Positions 1 to 9,829 of a stretch of DNA of 64,000 nt are shown one piece after another. The notes under the pieces were generated by a model. It ran no database searches. It worked only from the letters and a program-made list of their open reading frames with translations, and was not told the DNA's origin. How positions within the stretch are numbered: the stretch's first letter is position 1; each line of letters starts with the position of its first letter. This stretch comes from Chitinophaga pinensis (GTDB taxonomy: Bacteria; Bacteroidota; Bacteroidia; UKL13-3), in assembly GCA_945898275.1 (NCBI GenBank), contig CAMDHZ010000008.1:67542-131541 (forward strand), written 5' to 3'. Position numbers and translations under genes: made by a program.

Positions 1-2
1 CC

Positions 3-641
3 TTATTTGCAGACAGACAAACAGACCGTATGTTAATGGGTTGGGAAATGCCTGCATCGTATTTCCAATCTATCAATCCTTTGGCTGTTATTATTTTAGC
101 ACCAGTGCTTACGATAGTTTGGGGATTTTTATATAGCAGAAAATTAGAACCATCTTCTCCAAAGAAAATGGCGCTTGGACTTTTATTAGTTGCCTTAGGA
201 TACGTAGTTATTGCAATTGCTGTTAAAGGATTAGGCCTTGGCGATAAAGTGAGCATGATGTGGTTAATTTCTTTATATGTAATTCACTCTATTGGAGAGT
301 TATGTTTGTCGCCAATTGGTTTATCCATGGTTTCCAAATTAGCGCCTCTAAGATTATCATCGCTTATGATGGGAACTTGGTTTTTAGCCAATGCTGCTGC
401 CAATAAATTTGCTGGAACATTGAGTGCTTTAATTCCACCTTCTGGAGATATCGACCCAAGTGTTCCTGTTAAGTACCCTAGCATCATTGGTTTTGAAATT
501 ACCAATTTATATGAATTCTTTATGGTGTTTATTGTAATGACCGGAATTTCTGCTGGCATTTTGTTTATCCTAAGTTCTTGGTTGCAAAAAATGATGAACG
601 AAAACCATAACGAATTTAAACCCGATATGGATGCACATTAA
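3..641 (+). CDS. POT/PTR family proton-dependent oligopeptide MFS transporter, 5'-truncated by the window edge
   Basis: Frame is open from position 3 (LFADRQTDRM...). Contains FQSINP and GELCLSPIGLS..KLAP POT motifs and multiple TM helices. Confidence 0.9.
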   Translation, partial: LFADRQTDRMLMGWEMPASYFQSINPLAVIILAPVLTIVWGFLYSRKLEPSSPKKMALGLLLVALGYVVIAIAVKGLGLGDKVSMMWLISLYVIHSIGELCLSPIGLSMVSKLAPLRLSSLMMGTWFLANAAANKFAGTLSALIPPSGDIDPSVPVKYPSIIGFEITNLYEFFMVFIVMTGISAGILFILSSWLQKMMNENHNEFKPDMDAH

Positions 642-647
642 TTTGTC

Positions 648-2156
648 ATGAGCCAATTAACTTTATCAGAAATACAAAATTTTAAAGGCAAGTACCCCAA
701 GCAATTGTGGTACTTGTTTTTTAGTGAAATGTGGGAGCGATTCAGCTTCTATGGCATGCGCGGTATGCTTATCATTTTTATGGTGAGCAAACTTAACATG
801 AACTCAGAGGTGGCAAATCTGCAATATGGCGCAACCCAAGCTTTTGTCTATGCATTCACTTTTGTGGGTGGCATGTTTGCTGATAAGATTTTAGGGTATA
901 GAAAATCCCTATTTTGGGGCGGTATTTTAATGATTATTGGAAGTATTATTTTGGCGGTTGACCCAACACGGTTTTTCTTTACCGGAATTGGTTTTACAAT
1001 TATTGGCACTGGCTTTTTTAAACCCAATATTTCTACTATCGTTGGTAAACTATATGCCGAAGGAGATTCAAGAACCGATGCAGGTTTTTCTCTTTTCTAT
1101 GCTGGAGTTAACCTTGGTGCGCTCATTGGCGGTTATTTATGTATAGCTGTAGCCAATGGTAACCTGTTAGAAAATATTGTTCCGATTGCCTTGCGGTGGA
1201 ATGTAGCCTTTGGTTTTGCCTCTGTAGTAATGGTAATTAGCTTACTCACCTTTGTAAATACCCAAAAAAGTTTAGGAGAAATAGGGGAGTCGCCTTTGCA
1301 AGACTTACCCAAAAATAAAAAGAACCTGTATGAGTGGTTAACCTTTGCAGGCTCGATTGCATTTATTCCAGTAGTGATATTAATGGTTTCTAATGCTGAA
1401 TATACTGATTTATTCATGAAAATTATTGGCCCGTTTTCTTTGTTGTATTTGTTTTATGAAATGAAAAATTTCAATGCCAAAGAAAATAAAAAGCTTTTGG
1501 CTGCCTTGGTATTTATCTTATTCTCTATTTTGTTTTGGGCCTTTTTTGAACAAAGCGGAGGCTCATTAAGCTTGTTTGCTGCCAATAATTTAAACAATGA
1601 ATTGTTAGGCGTTAAGCTTGACCCAAATGGCATTAACAATTCCGCCAACTCGTTTTTTGTGATTGCCTTTGCTGCCTTAGTTGGTATCCTTTGGATATGG
1701 ATGGCAAAACGCAAAATAGAACCTAATACTGTTGTTAAATTTGGACTTGGTTTTCTTTTCTTGGCAGGTGGTTTTTATGTGTTTTATCAAACCCAATTCT
1801 TTGCCAATGAAAATGGTATTACCTCTTTAAATCTATTTGCTTTTGGTTGGTTTATCATCACATTTGGAGAGCTTTGTTTATCTCCAATTGGTATGTCTAT
1901 TATGACAAAATTGTCTCCTCAAAAGTTACAAGCAGTAATGATGGGAATGTGGTTTTTGGCTAGCGCTTATGGACAATATTTAGCCGGAATCTTAGGAGCA
2001 AATATTGCAAGTGCCTCAGAAAATTCTAATAACCTCGATAAACTTATCATTTATACAAATGGCTACAAGCAATTGGCCTTATATGCCTTAATAGCAGGGG
2101 TGGTGCTTATAATCATTTCTCCTTTGGTGAAAAAGTTAATGCAAGAAGTAAAATAG
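648..2156 (+). CDS. POT/PTR family oligopeptide transporter (DtpT-like)
   Basis: EMWERFSFYGMR (ExxERFxYY-type) motif, GTGFFKPN, GFSLFYAGVNLG, FEQSGGSL, GELCLSP. Confidence 0.93.
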   Translation: MSQLTLSEIQNFKGKYPKQLWYLFFSEMWERFSFYGMRGMLIIFMVSKLNMNSEVANLQYGATQAFVYAFTFVGGMFADKILGYRKSLFWGGILMIIGSIILAVDPTRFFFTGIGFTIIGTGFFKPNISTIVGKLYAEGDSRTDAGFSLFYAGVNLGALIGGYLCIAVANGNLLENIVPIALRWNVAFGFASVVMVISLLTFVNTQKSLGEIGESPLQDLPKNKKNLYEWLTFAGSIAFIPVVILMVSNAEYTDLFMKIIGPFSLLYLFYEMKNFNAKENKKLLAALVFILFSILFWAFFEQSGGSLSLFAANNLNNELLGVKLDPNGINNSANSFFVIAFAALVGILWIWMAKRKIEPNTVVKFGLGFLFLAGGFYVFYQTQFFANENGITSLNLFAFGWFIITFGELCLSPIGMSIMTKLSPQKLQAVMMGMWFLASAYGQYLAGILGANIASASENSNNLDKLIIYTNGYKQLALYALIAGVVLIIISPLVKKLMQEVK

Positions 2157-2180
2157 TTTCCTATAAACCTTATTTTTATA

Positions 2181-2215
2181 AAAGGGACTTGGTTCAAACC
2201 GAGCCCCTTTTTTTT
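2181..2215 (+). terminator. Rho-independent terminator after the POT transporter pair; its apex is a GGTTCAAACC repeat copy
   Basis: AAAGGGACTTGGTT-CA-AACCGAGCCCCTTT stem (one mismatch, one G-U pair) followed by a T run. Confidence 0.75.
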
Positions 2216-2225
2216 ATATTTGACC

Positions 2226-2945
2226 ATGCTGCAAAATGTAGATTTAACCAAAATATTGGTGTTAGACATCGAAACGGTGCCACAGTATTCTTCCTACGAA
2301 AAAATGCCAGAAACATGGCAATACCTTTGGAAGAAAAAGGCTGCCTCTCTTAAAAAAGAAGAAGACCAAACGGAAATAGATATCTATCCACGTGCGGGTA
2401 TTTATGCCGAGTTTGGTAAAATAGTCTGCATTTCTTGTGGGTTTTTTAGTAAAAATGGAAGCGAATATTTGTTTAGGGTAAAGTCGTTTTATGGGGAAGA
2501 AGAGAAACAGTTGTTGTATGAGTTTTCGGCCATGCTCAATACCCATTTCAATAAACCCGATCATTCTTTGTGTGCCCACAATGGTAAAGAATTCGATTAT
2601 CCATTTATTGCCAGGAGATGTTTGCTGAATGGATTGGAAATTCCCGCGATTTTAGATATAGCAGGTAAAAAACCATGGGAAATAAGCCTATTAGACACCA
2701 TGGAATTATGGAAGTTTGGCGATTATAAAAGTTATACTTCTTTGGAATTATTGGCCGCTTCTTTTAATATTCCTACACCTAAAGATGATATTGATGGGAG
2801 CATGGTTTGGAAGGTGTATTGGGAAGAAAACAACTTAGAACGCATTAATACGTATTGCCAAAAAGATGTGGTAACCACAGCTCAATTGTTGTTGCGGTTT
2901 AAAAATGAAAAGCTCCTGCAAGAATCGCAAGTGCAATTGCTTTGA
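2226..2945 (+). CDS. 3'-5' exonuclease, PolB-exonuclease-like (DEDD) stand-alone protein
   Basis: VLDIETVP (ExoI), AHNGKEFDYPF (ExoII), YCQKDV (ExoIII). ATG at 2226 preferred over TTG at 2220. Confidence 0.88.
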   Translation: MLQNVDLTKILVLDIETVPQYSSYEKMPETWQYLWKKKAASLKKEEDQTEIDIYPRAGIYAEFGKIVCISCGFFSKNGSEYLFRVKSFYGEEEKQLLYEFSAMLNTHFNKPDHSLCAHNGKEFDYPFIARRCLLNGLEIPAILDIAGKKPWEISLLDTMELWKFGDYKSYTSLELLAASFNIPTPKDDIDGSMVWKVYWEENNLERINTYCQKDVVTTAQLLLRFKNEKLLQESQVQLL

Positions 2946-2996
2946 GAATTAATAGTACATTCTTTGCTAGAAAAACTATGAATTTTCTGAATTAGA

Positions 2997-3389
2997 TTAT
3001 TTTTCCCAAGGGTTGATTAATTTTAAACCAATAATGGCGTTAAAGTCAGTAATATTTCGACTAAGTAAAGTAAGCCCATAAACGGAAGCTGTTGCAGCTA
3101 TAATTGCATCAGGTAATTTAATTTTGTGAATTCTTCGAATTTCTGCTGTTTTAGTTTTTATCTCTTTTTCTAACTCTATTACTAATGAATCATTTATAAA
3201 ATTTCTCAAAATTTCAAGGTCATAAGGTGTAGCTGTTTTCCAACAAAGCAATTCAATTTCTGTAATAGCCGAAATAACTGGTCGTTCGCTTATTAAAAGT
3301 TCATCTATAAAGATTTCAGCATTGGCTGGGAATTGCTGTTGCAAATAATAAATCACTGTATTTGTATCCCATAAATAATTTACTCCCAT
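2997..3389 (-). CDS. vapC: VapC-family PIN-domain toxin
   Basis: YLWDTNTVI, ITEIEL, LPDAIIAATA, LLSRNITDF: the PIN acidic tetrad. Overlaps the upstream small gene. Confidence 0.9.
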   Translation of the reverse strand: MGVNYLWDTNTVIYYLQQQFPANAEIFIDELLISERPVISAITEIELLCWKTATPYDLEILRNFINDSLVIELEKEIKTKTAEIRRIHKIKLPDAIIAATASVYGLTLLSRNITDFNAIIGLKLINPWEK

Positions 3390-3589
3390 TCTTCACGAAG
3401 TTCATTTAGCTGATTATCAATTTCGGACAAAGATTGCTTGGACATTGCTCCTTTATATTTATACTCCCAATTAGTTAAATTTTCAGCATGTTGACTTACT
3501 TTTCTCAGTCGAATAAGTTGTAGCTGCTCTAAATCCTGAAGAAGCTTAATAGCCTTATCGTTTATGATATCAATTGTAATCGTTTGCAT
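3380..3589 (-). CDS. Putative antitoxin partner of VapC
   Basis: About 69 aa, overlaps the toxin start, ends in acidic LNELREEWE. ATG at 3589 follows a TAAATTTG -7 element. Confidence 0.75.
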   Translation of the reverse strand: MQTITIDIINDKAIKLLQDLEQLQLIRLRKVSQHAENLTNWEYKYKGAMSKQSLSEIDNQLNELREEWE

Positions 3590-3693
3590 AAACAAATTTA
3601 TTTAAAATATTTTAACTGTTCTAAAATATTTTGATTACAAATTAAATGCGCTAGAATTGTTTTCGTCTTTGCCCTTAAGTAACTAAATTTCAC

Positions 3694-4812
3694 CTAAGTC
3701 CCTAATTTCTGCATCAAGTTTTGAATAATCCCGCTCCAGCTATAGGTTTCAAAAAATTGTTTGGGTAATGTGTTTCGGTTTGAACCAAAATGCGTTTGAA
3801 TCAGTTGAATAAATGCATCCCAATCGTTGTCTTTGGCAATTTTGAGATGATCGCCACAAACCTTTGGGTCAATTCCTTCTGCACCTGTAACAGTTGAAAT
3901 TACCGTTTGGCCTCTTCCCAAAGTATCAATGGCCTTGGTTTTAACGCCACCTCCGCTTAGAATGGGATTAATCATAACATCGACACCATCAATATAAGTT
4001 TCGATGTCTTCTACAAAGCCTAGGTAATGGCAATTTTTTAGAACAGAAATGCCTTGAACCAATTCTGCTGGTAAGTTCTTGCCACAAATAAGGATGCTAA
4101 ACGTTTCTCCAATTTGTTGTTGTAGGCGAGGATAGATTTCATCCTTAATAAAAGCCACTGCATCGTAATTAGGTTTATAGCTTAGCGTTGCAAAAAACAA
4201 CAATAACTTATGTGTTGATGGAAGCTGGTGCCTCTCAAGCAATATCTGGCGCGCATTTTCAGTCTTGGTTGGCAATTCACTTTGTGGAATACCATATGGG
4301 GTGAGTAAGGTTTGGTTCAAACCTAAACCAAATTGCTGGATTGCTTTTTGTTGGTCTATGTCACTCACAAAAATCACCAAATTACTTTGCCTATAAACAA
4401 ATCTTTCATACACGTAAAGCAGGCGCCACCAAGGTTTCCCCATGCTTTTAAAGCGCAGGTATTCTATGTTATTGCTTCTTAAGAAAACTTTTTTGCCCGT
4501 AAGCCATTTGATAAAAGGAATCATCCAACCCATCCAAGGTTGGTCAAAGAAAATGGCATCTGCTTCAAAAGCGTTTATTTTTTTCAGCAGCTTAGGAAGT
4601 AAAAATACATTGGCATACCTAGAAGCTTTAAAGCGCATTCCAAATTCTAATTGAAAGCTAAATGCTTTGGGATTTATGGGTTGATAAGGGTCAACCGTAA
4701 ACACCATCACCTCATTTACCCTTGCCATGTACTCCAAAATGTTTTGGGTAGAAATTTCTCCACCGGTGGTGGCTGGCAAAAAGGGATAAGAGATGATGGC
4801 GTAGATTTTCAA
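3694..4812 (-). CDS. Glycosyltransferase family 4 (GT-B)
   Basis: P..TGG N-terminal motif, LSYKPNYDA, INPILSGGGVKTK, VISTVTGAEGI. Confidence 0.85.
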   Translation of the reverse strand: MKIYAIISYPFLPATTGGEISTQNILEYMARVNEVMVFTVDPYQPINPKAFSFQLEFGMRFKASRYANVFLLPKLLKKINAFEADAIFFDQPWMGWMIPFIKWLTGKKVFLRSNNIEYLRFKSMGKPWWRLLYVYERFVYRQSNLVIFVSDIDQQKAIQQFGLGLNQTLLTPYGIPQSELPTKTENARQILLERHQLPSTHKLLLFFATLSYKPNYDAVAFIKDEIYPRLQQQIGETFSILICGKNLPAELVQGISVLKNCHYLGFVEDIETYIDGVDVMINPILSGGGVKTKAIDTLGRGQTVISTVTGAEGIDPKVCGDHLKIAKDNDWDAFIQLIQTHFGSNRNTLPKQFFETYSWSGIIQNLMQKLGT

Positions 4813-4863
4813 GAGTTAAATAAATTATTTTTCTATTTCTTTGCATTATATAATTTTAAAGTC

Positions 4864-6333
4864 ATGAAAACAAAACTTCCCCTTTTGCTTCTTTTAAACT
4901 GTATCTTTTTCACTTCCTTTTCTCAAATTACTGTAAACCTTAGGCCAAATGTAAACCAAGGTAAAGATGCCTTAATTAACAGTCAAACCCCTACAACAAA
5001 TGAAGGGAATTCTCAAGACTTCGCTTGTTGGACTTGGACCAGCAATGGTCCTACAATTGCTAGGTCGTTAATGCAGTTCGACTTAACGGCTATTCCAGCA
5101 AATGCAATTATTCAGTCGGCCACATTAAACTTATATTGTAATACTACCTCGGCAATTACTCAACTTCATTATGGTTCAAATAATTCATTTTTAAAAAGAA
5201 TAACTAATTCTTGGCAAGAAAGCACAGTTACTTGGATTACCCAACCTTCTACCACTTCAATTGATCAAGTCACCCTGAGTGAAAGTGTTTCAAGCAACCA
5301 AAATTATCTCAACATTGATTTAAAAAACATGGTAAGTACTTGGGTTGCTGATTCAAATGAAAATTTTGGATTAATGCTACAATTACAAACTGAATCAATT
5401 TATAGAAGTTTAATTCTTGCTTCAAGTGACCACGGGGATTCTACCAAACGTCCATTACTAACAGTAACATACACTATGCCTACCACAGGACCAAGTGATT
5501 GTATCACCATCGTGCCAAATGCTGCTACTGGAAAGGATGCAATGATTGAATTAAGAAATTCTACTGTAAACTCAAATTTTGGCAATAATGTTGATTTTGC
5601 AACTTGGAGTTGGACATTGACGGGAGAACCTACTATTACTAGAAGTTTGATTGAGTTTCAATTACCGACCTTGCCACAAGGGGCCACCATGACAAGTGCA
5701 AAGTTGAGTTTAAAATGTAACACTACATCTTCAATTCCTCAATTACATAGTGGGGCGAATTCATCTATTCTTAAGAGGATTACAGGAACATGGAATGAAT
5801 CAACAGTTACTTGGAATAATCAACCTAGTGCTACAAACAACAATCAAGTATTTTTGAATGCATCAACAAGCAATAATCAAGATTATAATGATATTGAAAT
5901 TATTGGTTTGGTAAATGATGCTAAAGCAGCAAATCAAACTGCGATAGGATTAAGCTTAAGTTTGGTTGATGAGAATGATTATCGAAGCTTAATTTTCGCT
6001 TCAAGTGATCACGTTGATGCTGCCAAAAGACCAAGTTTGAAAATTTGTTTTACGTTGCCAAATAACCATAGCGAACAAGCCTTTTCAAGAAACATTAGTG
6101 TTTTTCCAAATCCCGTTTTTGATGGGAAGTTAAACGTTAAGATGGAAAATGCTCAAGGAAACACAATGGAATATTTTCTTTATTCAATCGCTGGAAACAA
6201 ATGCAAGGAAGGTAGTTTAGAAAATTCAAATAGCATATTAGTTGGTGATTTATCCAATGGTGTTTATCAATTGGTGGTGATCAATTCAAGTGGGTCAAGA
6301 ACTGTTTTACCAATTGTAATCTCTAACCAATAG
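4864..6333 (+). CDS. T9SS-secreted protein with two tandem DNRLRE-like domains
   Basis: Signal peptide MKTKLPLLLLL from ATG 4864 (the track start at 4651 overlaps the GT4 gene). Two copies of KDA..RSL.QF.L..A.L.L..W.ESTVTW..QP..SSDH.D..KRP.L. C-terminal VFPNP...GVYQL domain. Confidence 0.8.
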   Translation: MKTKLPLLLLLNCIFFTSFSQITVNLRPNVNQGKDALINSQTPTTNEGNSQDFACWTWTSNGPTIARSLMQFDLTAIPANAIIQSATLNLYCNTTSAITQLHYGSNNSFLKRITNSWQESTVTWITQPSTTSIDQVTLSESVSSNQNYLNIDLKNMVSTWVADSNENFGLMLQLQTESIYRSLILASSDHGDSTKRPLLTVTYTMPTTGPSDCITIVPNAATGKDAMIELRNSTVNSNFGNNVDFATWSWTLTGEPTITRSLIEFQLPTLPQGATMTSAKLSLKCNTTSSIPQLHSGANSSILKRITGTWNESTVTWNNQPSATNNNQVFLNASTSNNQDYNDIEIIGLVNDAKAANQTAIGLSLSLVDENDYRSLIFASSDHVDAAKRPSLKICFTLPNNHSEQAFSRNISVFPNPVFDGKLNVKMENAQGNTMEYFLYSIAGNKCKEGSLENSNSILVGDLSNGVYQLVVINSSGSRTVLPIVISNQ

Positions 6334-6339
6334 TTAACC

Positions 6340-6879
6340 TTGGCTGAACAAAATGTTGTATTGAATAACCTTACTTTTGAATTACACATTCAGAACTCAG
6401 AAATTGAATTAAGAATAACGCAACTAGCAAAATTATTGGCAAAAGGGCATTCAAACGCCAATCCACTCTTCATATCAGTACTCAATGGTTCCTTTATTTT
6501 TGCTGCAGATTTGCTTAGGCAACTCGATTTTGCCTGCGAAATAGAGTTTGTAAAAGTGAGTAGTTATGCAGGAACCCAAAGCACTAGAGAGGTTAAACAA
6601 GTGTTGGGATTAAGTAAATCTATAGAAAATAGGACAGTAATTATCCTCGAAGATATTATCGATTCTGGTTTAACCATGGATTTTTTACTCTGCGACTTGG
6701 CTCGGTTCAAACCGAAACAAATAGAAATTTGTACTTTATTATTGAAACCGGAAGCTTTAAAAGTAAAACTTCCGGTTAATTATATTGGTTTTGAAGTAGC
6801 CAATGATTTTTTAGTAGGATATGGCCTAGATTATGATGGCCATGGCAGAAATTTGCCACATATTTATAAAGCGGTTTGA
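6340..6879 (+). CDS. hpt: Hypoxanthine phosphoribosyltransferase
   Basis: VLNGSFIFAADL, SSY, IILEDIIDSGLT PRPP-binding motif, FLVGYGLDY..RNL. Confidence 0.95.
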   Translation: MAEQNVVLNNLTFELHIQNSEIELRITQLAKLLAKGHSNANPLFISVLNGSFIFAADLLRQLDFACEIEFVKVSSYAGTQSTREVKQVLGLSKSIENRTVIILEDIIDSGLTMDFLLCDLARFKPKQIEICTLLLKPEALKVKLPVNYIGFEVANDFLVGYGLDYDGHGRNLPHIYKAV

Positions 6880-6891
6880 ACCCAGCTTTAA

Positions 6892-7341
6892 TTAAGCCAT
6901 TTTTACATTTACAGCCTGCGGGCCTTTATGGTTAGTTTCTATTTCGAAACTCACTTTGTTGCCTTCTTTGATATTTACAGTTAAACCAGATGAATGCACA
7001 AATACGCCTTCCTTAGTTTTGTCGTCTTTGATAAACCCATAACCTTTACTTTCATTAAAAAAGGTTACTATACCTGTGCGATGTGGGTCATATATCTCTG
7101 CCACTTGCTTGGCAACACCTATTTCGATATCTTCTAATTTAAATTCTTTTTTCCTGCTAGGATCTGGTGGAACCGAAGTTAAGTTTCCATTTTCATCAAC
7201 ATAAGCCATCATGTGCTCCATGCCCATACCTTTTGAAGAACTAGATTTTCTTTGCTCTTTCTTTTCTTCTTTTTCTTTACGCTTGCGTACTTTTTGTTTT
7301 TCTTTTTCCTTCTTGCTGAAGGTTTCTTGTGATTTTGCCAT
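6892..7341 (-). CDS. Cold-shock domain protein with basic N-terminal extension (Bacteroidota type)
   Basis: MAKSQETFSKKEKEK start; GIVTFFNESKGYGFI (RNP1), VFVH (RNP2), KGPQAVNV. Confidence 0.9.
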   Translation of the reverse strand: MAKSQETFSKKEKEKQKVRKRKEKEEKKEQRKSSSSKGMGMEHMMAYVDENGNLTSVPPDPSRKKEFKLEDIEIGVAKQVAEIYDPHRTGIVTFFNESKGYGFIKDDKTKEGVFVHSSGLTVNIKEGNKVSFEIETNHKGPQAVNVKMA

Positions 7342-7500
7342 ATAAGTTAACAAAGATAATTGTTTATCTAACAGATTTTGAATTATTTTTCAACTTATTT
7401 TGGTTTGTTTTTCACAAAAAGACTGTTCAACTTTTATTTTTTTATAAAAATCATTTGACTAACCCAAATTATACTTTTTATTCGCATCAAAATTAATTCT

Positions 7501-8073
7501 ATGCTCAACCTTGTATTATTTGGACCTCCTGGCGCAGGCAAAGGCACTCAATCAGCCAAACTTATTGATAAATACCATTTGGTACATCTTTCGACAGGCG
7601 ATATTTTTAGAGCCAATATCAAAGGTGGGACTGAATTAGGCGTGCTTGCAAAAAGTTATATCGACAAGGGTCAGCTTGTTCCAGATGAAGTTACTATTGG
7701 TATGCTTGCCGATGAAGTAAATAAATCAGCAGATGCAAAAGGATTTATCTTTGATGGCTTCCCAAGAACTTCTGCTCAAGCCCAAGCCTTGGATAACCTT
7801 TTATCTGAAAAAGGTACCGCAATTTCTATGATGTTGGCTTTGGAAGTTGAGGAGGAAGAACTCAAGAAGCGTTTGCTTATTAGAGGCAAAGACAGTGGCC
7901 GACCAGATGACCAAGACCCAACGATTATTCAAAATAGAATCAATGTTTACAATGCCGAAACAATGCCTGTAAAGACTTTTTATGAAGGTCAGGGAAAGTA
8001 CCACGGTATCAATGGAATTGGTGAAATTGAAGATATTTTCAATTCACTTTGCGAACATATTGACAGGCCATAA
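7501..8073 (+). CDS. adk: Adenylate kinase (short LID)
   Basis: GPPGAGKGTQ P-loop, HLSTGDIFR, GQLVPDE, FDGFPRT, GRPDD. Confidence 0.97.
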   Translation: MLNLVLFGPPGAGKGTQSAKLIDKYHLVHLSTGDIFRANIKGGTELGVLAKSYIDKGQLVPDEVTIGMLADEVNKSADAKGFIFDGFPRTSAQAQALDNLLSEKGTAISMMLALEVEEEELKKRLLIRGKDSGRPDDQDPTIIQNRINVYNAETMPVKTFYEGQGKYHGINGIGEIEDIFNSLCEHIDRP

Positions 8074-8094
8074 TATTTGGTCCTTTGTGTTGAA

Positions 8095-8125
8095 GCCTGC
8101 AAAAGCTATCTTTGCAGGCATTTTT
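8095..8125 (+). promoter_or_regulatory. Hairpin GCCTGCAAA/TTTGCAGGC overlapping a TATCTTTG -7 promoter element upstream of obgE
   Basis: 9-bp inverted repeat at 8095-8103/8111-8119 followed by ATTTTT; TATCTTTG at 8107-8114. Confidence 0.5.
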
Positions 8126-8137
8126 AATTTATAGCAC

Positions 8138-9139
8138 ATGGCCGAGTCTAATTTTGTTGATTACGTAAAAATCTGTTGCCGCAGTGGAAAAGGCGGAGCA
8201 GGTGCCATGCATTTTCACCGCGACAAGCATACTACCAAGGGCGGCCCTGATGGCGGAGATGGCGGCCGAGGTGGTAATATCCTACTGAAAGGAAGCGCAA
8301 ATGTTTGGACGCTTTTACATTTAAAATTCAGAAAACATGTTATTGCAGAACCTGGCAATAACGGAGAATCTGCCCTTAGAAGCGGTAAGGATGGCAAAGA
8401 TGAAATCATTGAAGTACCCTTAGGAACAGTTGCTAAAGATGCCGATACTGGTGAAGTTCTCTTTGAGATTACCAATGTAGGAGAAACTCATGTGCTTTTA
8501 GCAGGAGGTAGAGGTGGGCAGGGAAACCACCATTTTAAATCTTCTACCAACCAAACCCCACGACATTCGCAACCAGGAGAAGAAGGTAAGGAAGAGTGGA
8601 AAGTTCTTGAGTTGAAAATATTAGCAGATGTTGGTTTGGTAGGATTTCCAAATGCTGGGAAGTCAACCTTGTTATCAGTTGTAACTGCTGCAAAACCTGC
8701 TATTGCAGATTATCCTTTTACTACCTTGGTGCCAAATTTAGGAATTGTAAAATATAGAGAATACCAGTCTTTTGTTATGGCAGATATTCCAGGAATCATT
8801 GAAGGCGCCCACGAAGGAAAAGGTTTAGGTACTCGTTTTTTAAGGCACATTGAAAGAAATGCAACTTTGTTGTTTATGATTCCAGCCACCTCAGCAAACA
8901 TCAAAGACGATTTTGCAGTTTTAAAAAGGGAACTCAAACTTTACAATAAAGAATTGCTTAATAAATCTCGTTTGTTGGCAATTACCCAATGTGATTTGGT
9001 AAGTAAAGAAGAAATAAAAGCCATTAAAAAGCTGTTGCCTCGCGTGCCACATGTTTTTATTAGCTCAGCTACTGGAATGGGAATTGATGAATTAAAAGAT
9101 AAACTTTACGACTTAATTCATAATTCAACCGACCTTTAA
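8138..9139 (+). CDS. obgE: GTPase ObgE/CgtA
   Basis: [15 protein letters not shown]bg fold, [31 protein letters not shown]. Confidence 0.97.
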   Translation: MAESNFVDYVKICCRSGKGGAGAMHFHRDKHTTKGGPDGGDGGRGGNILLKGSANVWTLLHLKFRKHVIAEPGNNGESALRSGKDGKDEIIEVPLGTVAKDADTGEVLFEITNVGETHVLLAGGRGGQGNHHFKSSTNQTPRHSQPGEEGKEEWKVLELKILADVGLVGFPNAGKSTLLSVVTAAKPAIADYPFTTLVPNLGIVKYREYQSFVMADIPGIIEGAHEGKGLGTRFLRHIERNATLLFMIPATSANIKDDFAVLKRELKLYNKELLNKSRLLAITQCDLVSKEEIKAIKKLLPRVPHVFISSATGMGIDELKDKLYDLIHNSTDL

Positions 9140-9627
9140 ACCTTAGTTTCTTCAAAAGAGCCAGTTTGTTTGTTTTTGCGGCAATTGTCCCAAGTAAAAC
9201 ATTTTCCATTCATGGCAATATACACACCATGAGGCAAGGTTTGAGCAAAAGCTAGTGCGCTTCCAAGGTTAAATAAACCGTCGCTAGAGCCAAATTTATA
9301 GGGAATCATTGCGCCAGTTATAACGATAGTTTTGTTTTTTACGGTTTGAGCCAAAAAAGCGCCAGTGTCAGTCATTGTATCAGTGCCATGCGTGATGACA
9401 ATGCGTTCTTCTTCACAATTTTCGCAATTTTCTGCAATTAATTTGCGATCACTATCTGTCATGTCTAAGCTATCAATAAGCATTAACGTGCGAATGGAGA
9501 GGTCTAATTTACTGCGACCAAGTTTTAAAATTTCATGAATGTGACTGTCTTGAAAAAAAAGCTTTCCAGTTAATTCATTGTATTCTTTATCAAAAGTGCC
9601 ACCTGTTACAAATAATCTGATTGCCAT
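9136..9627 (-). CDS. Short asparaginase-domain protein
   Basis: [26 protein letters not shown]: asparaginase N-terminal domain only. Confidence 0.88.
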   Translation of the reverse strand: MAIRLFVTGGTFDKEYNELTGKLFFQDSHIHEILKLGRSKLDLSIRTLMLIDSLDMTDSDRKLIAENCENCEEERIVITHGTDTMTDTGAFLAQTVKNKTIVITGAMIPYKFGSSDGLFNLGSALAFAQTLPHGVYIAMNGKCFTWDNCRKNKQTGSFEETKV

Positions 9628-9829
9628 AATGCAAAGAAAAGAATTTATTGGATATGTTTTCCGTATTCATCTGATTCGCAAATTTGACAATCATATTCAA
9701 ACATATTTAAACGCTAATTGTCATAATTTTCTACAACATTTATAGATTAAGCCATTACGCCACAATTCTTGTATTTTAAAGTGAATTGCATAGTTTCGTA
9801 GCTTCATTTATAATTTATCATCTAAATTA

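Noticed and set aside
4651..4863. N-terminal extension of the 560-aa track ORF
   Set aside because: It overlaps the GT4 gene on the opposite strand. The signal peptide begins at ATG 4864.
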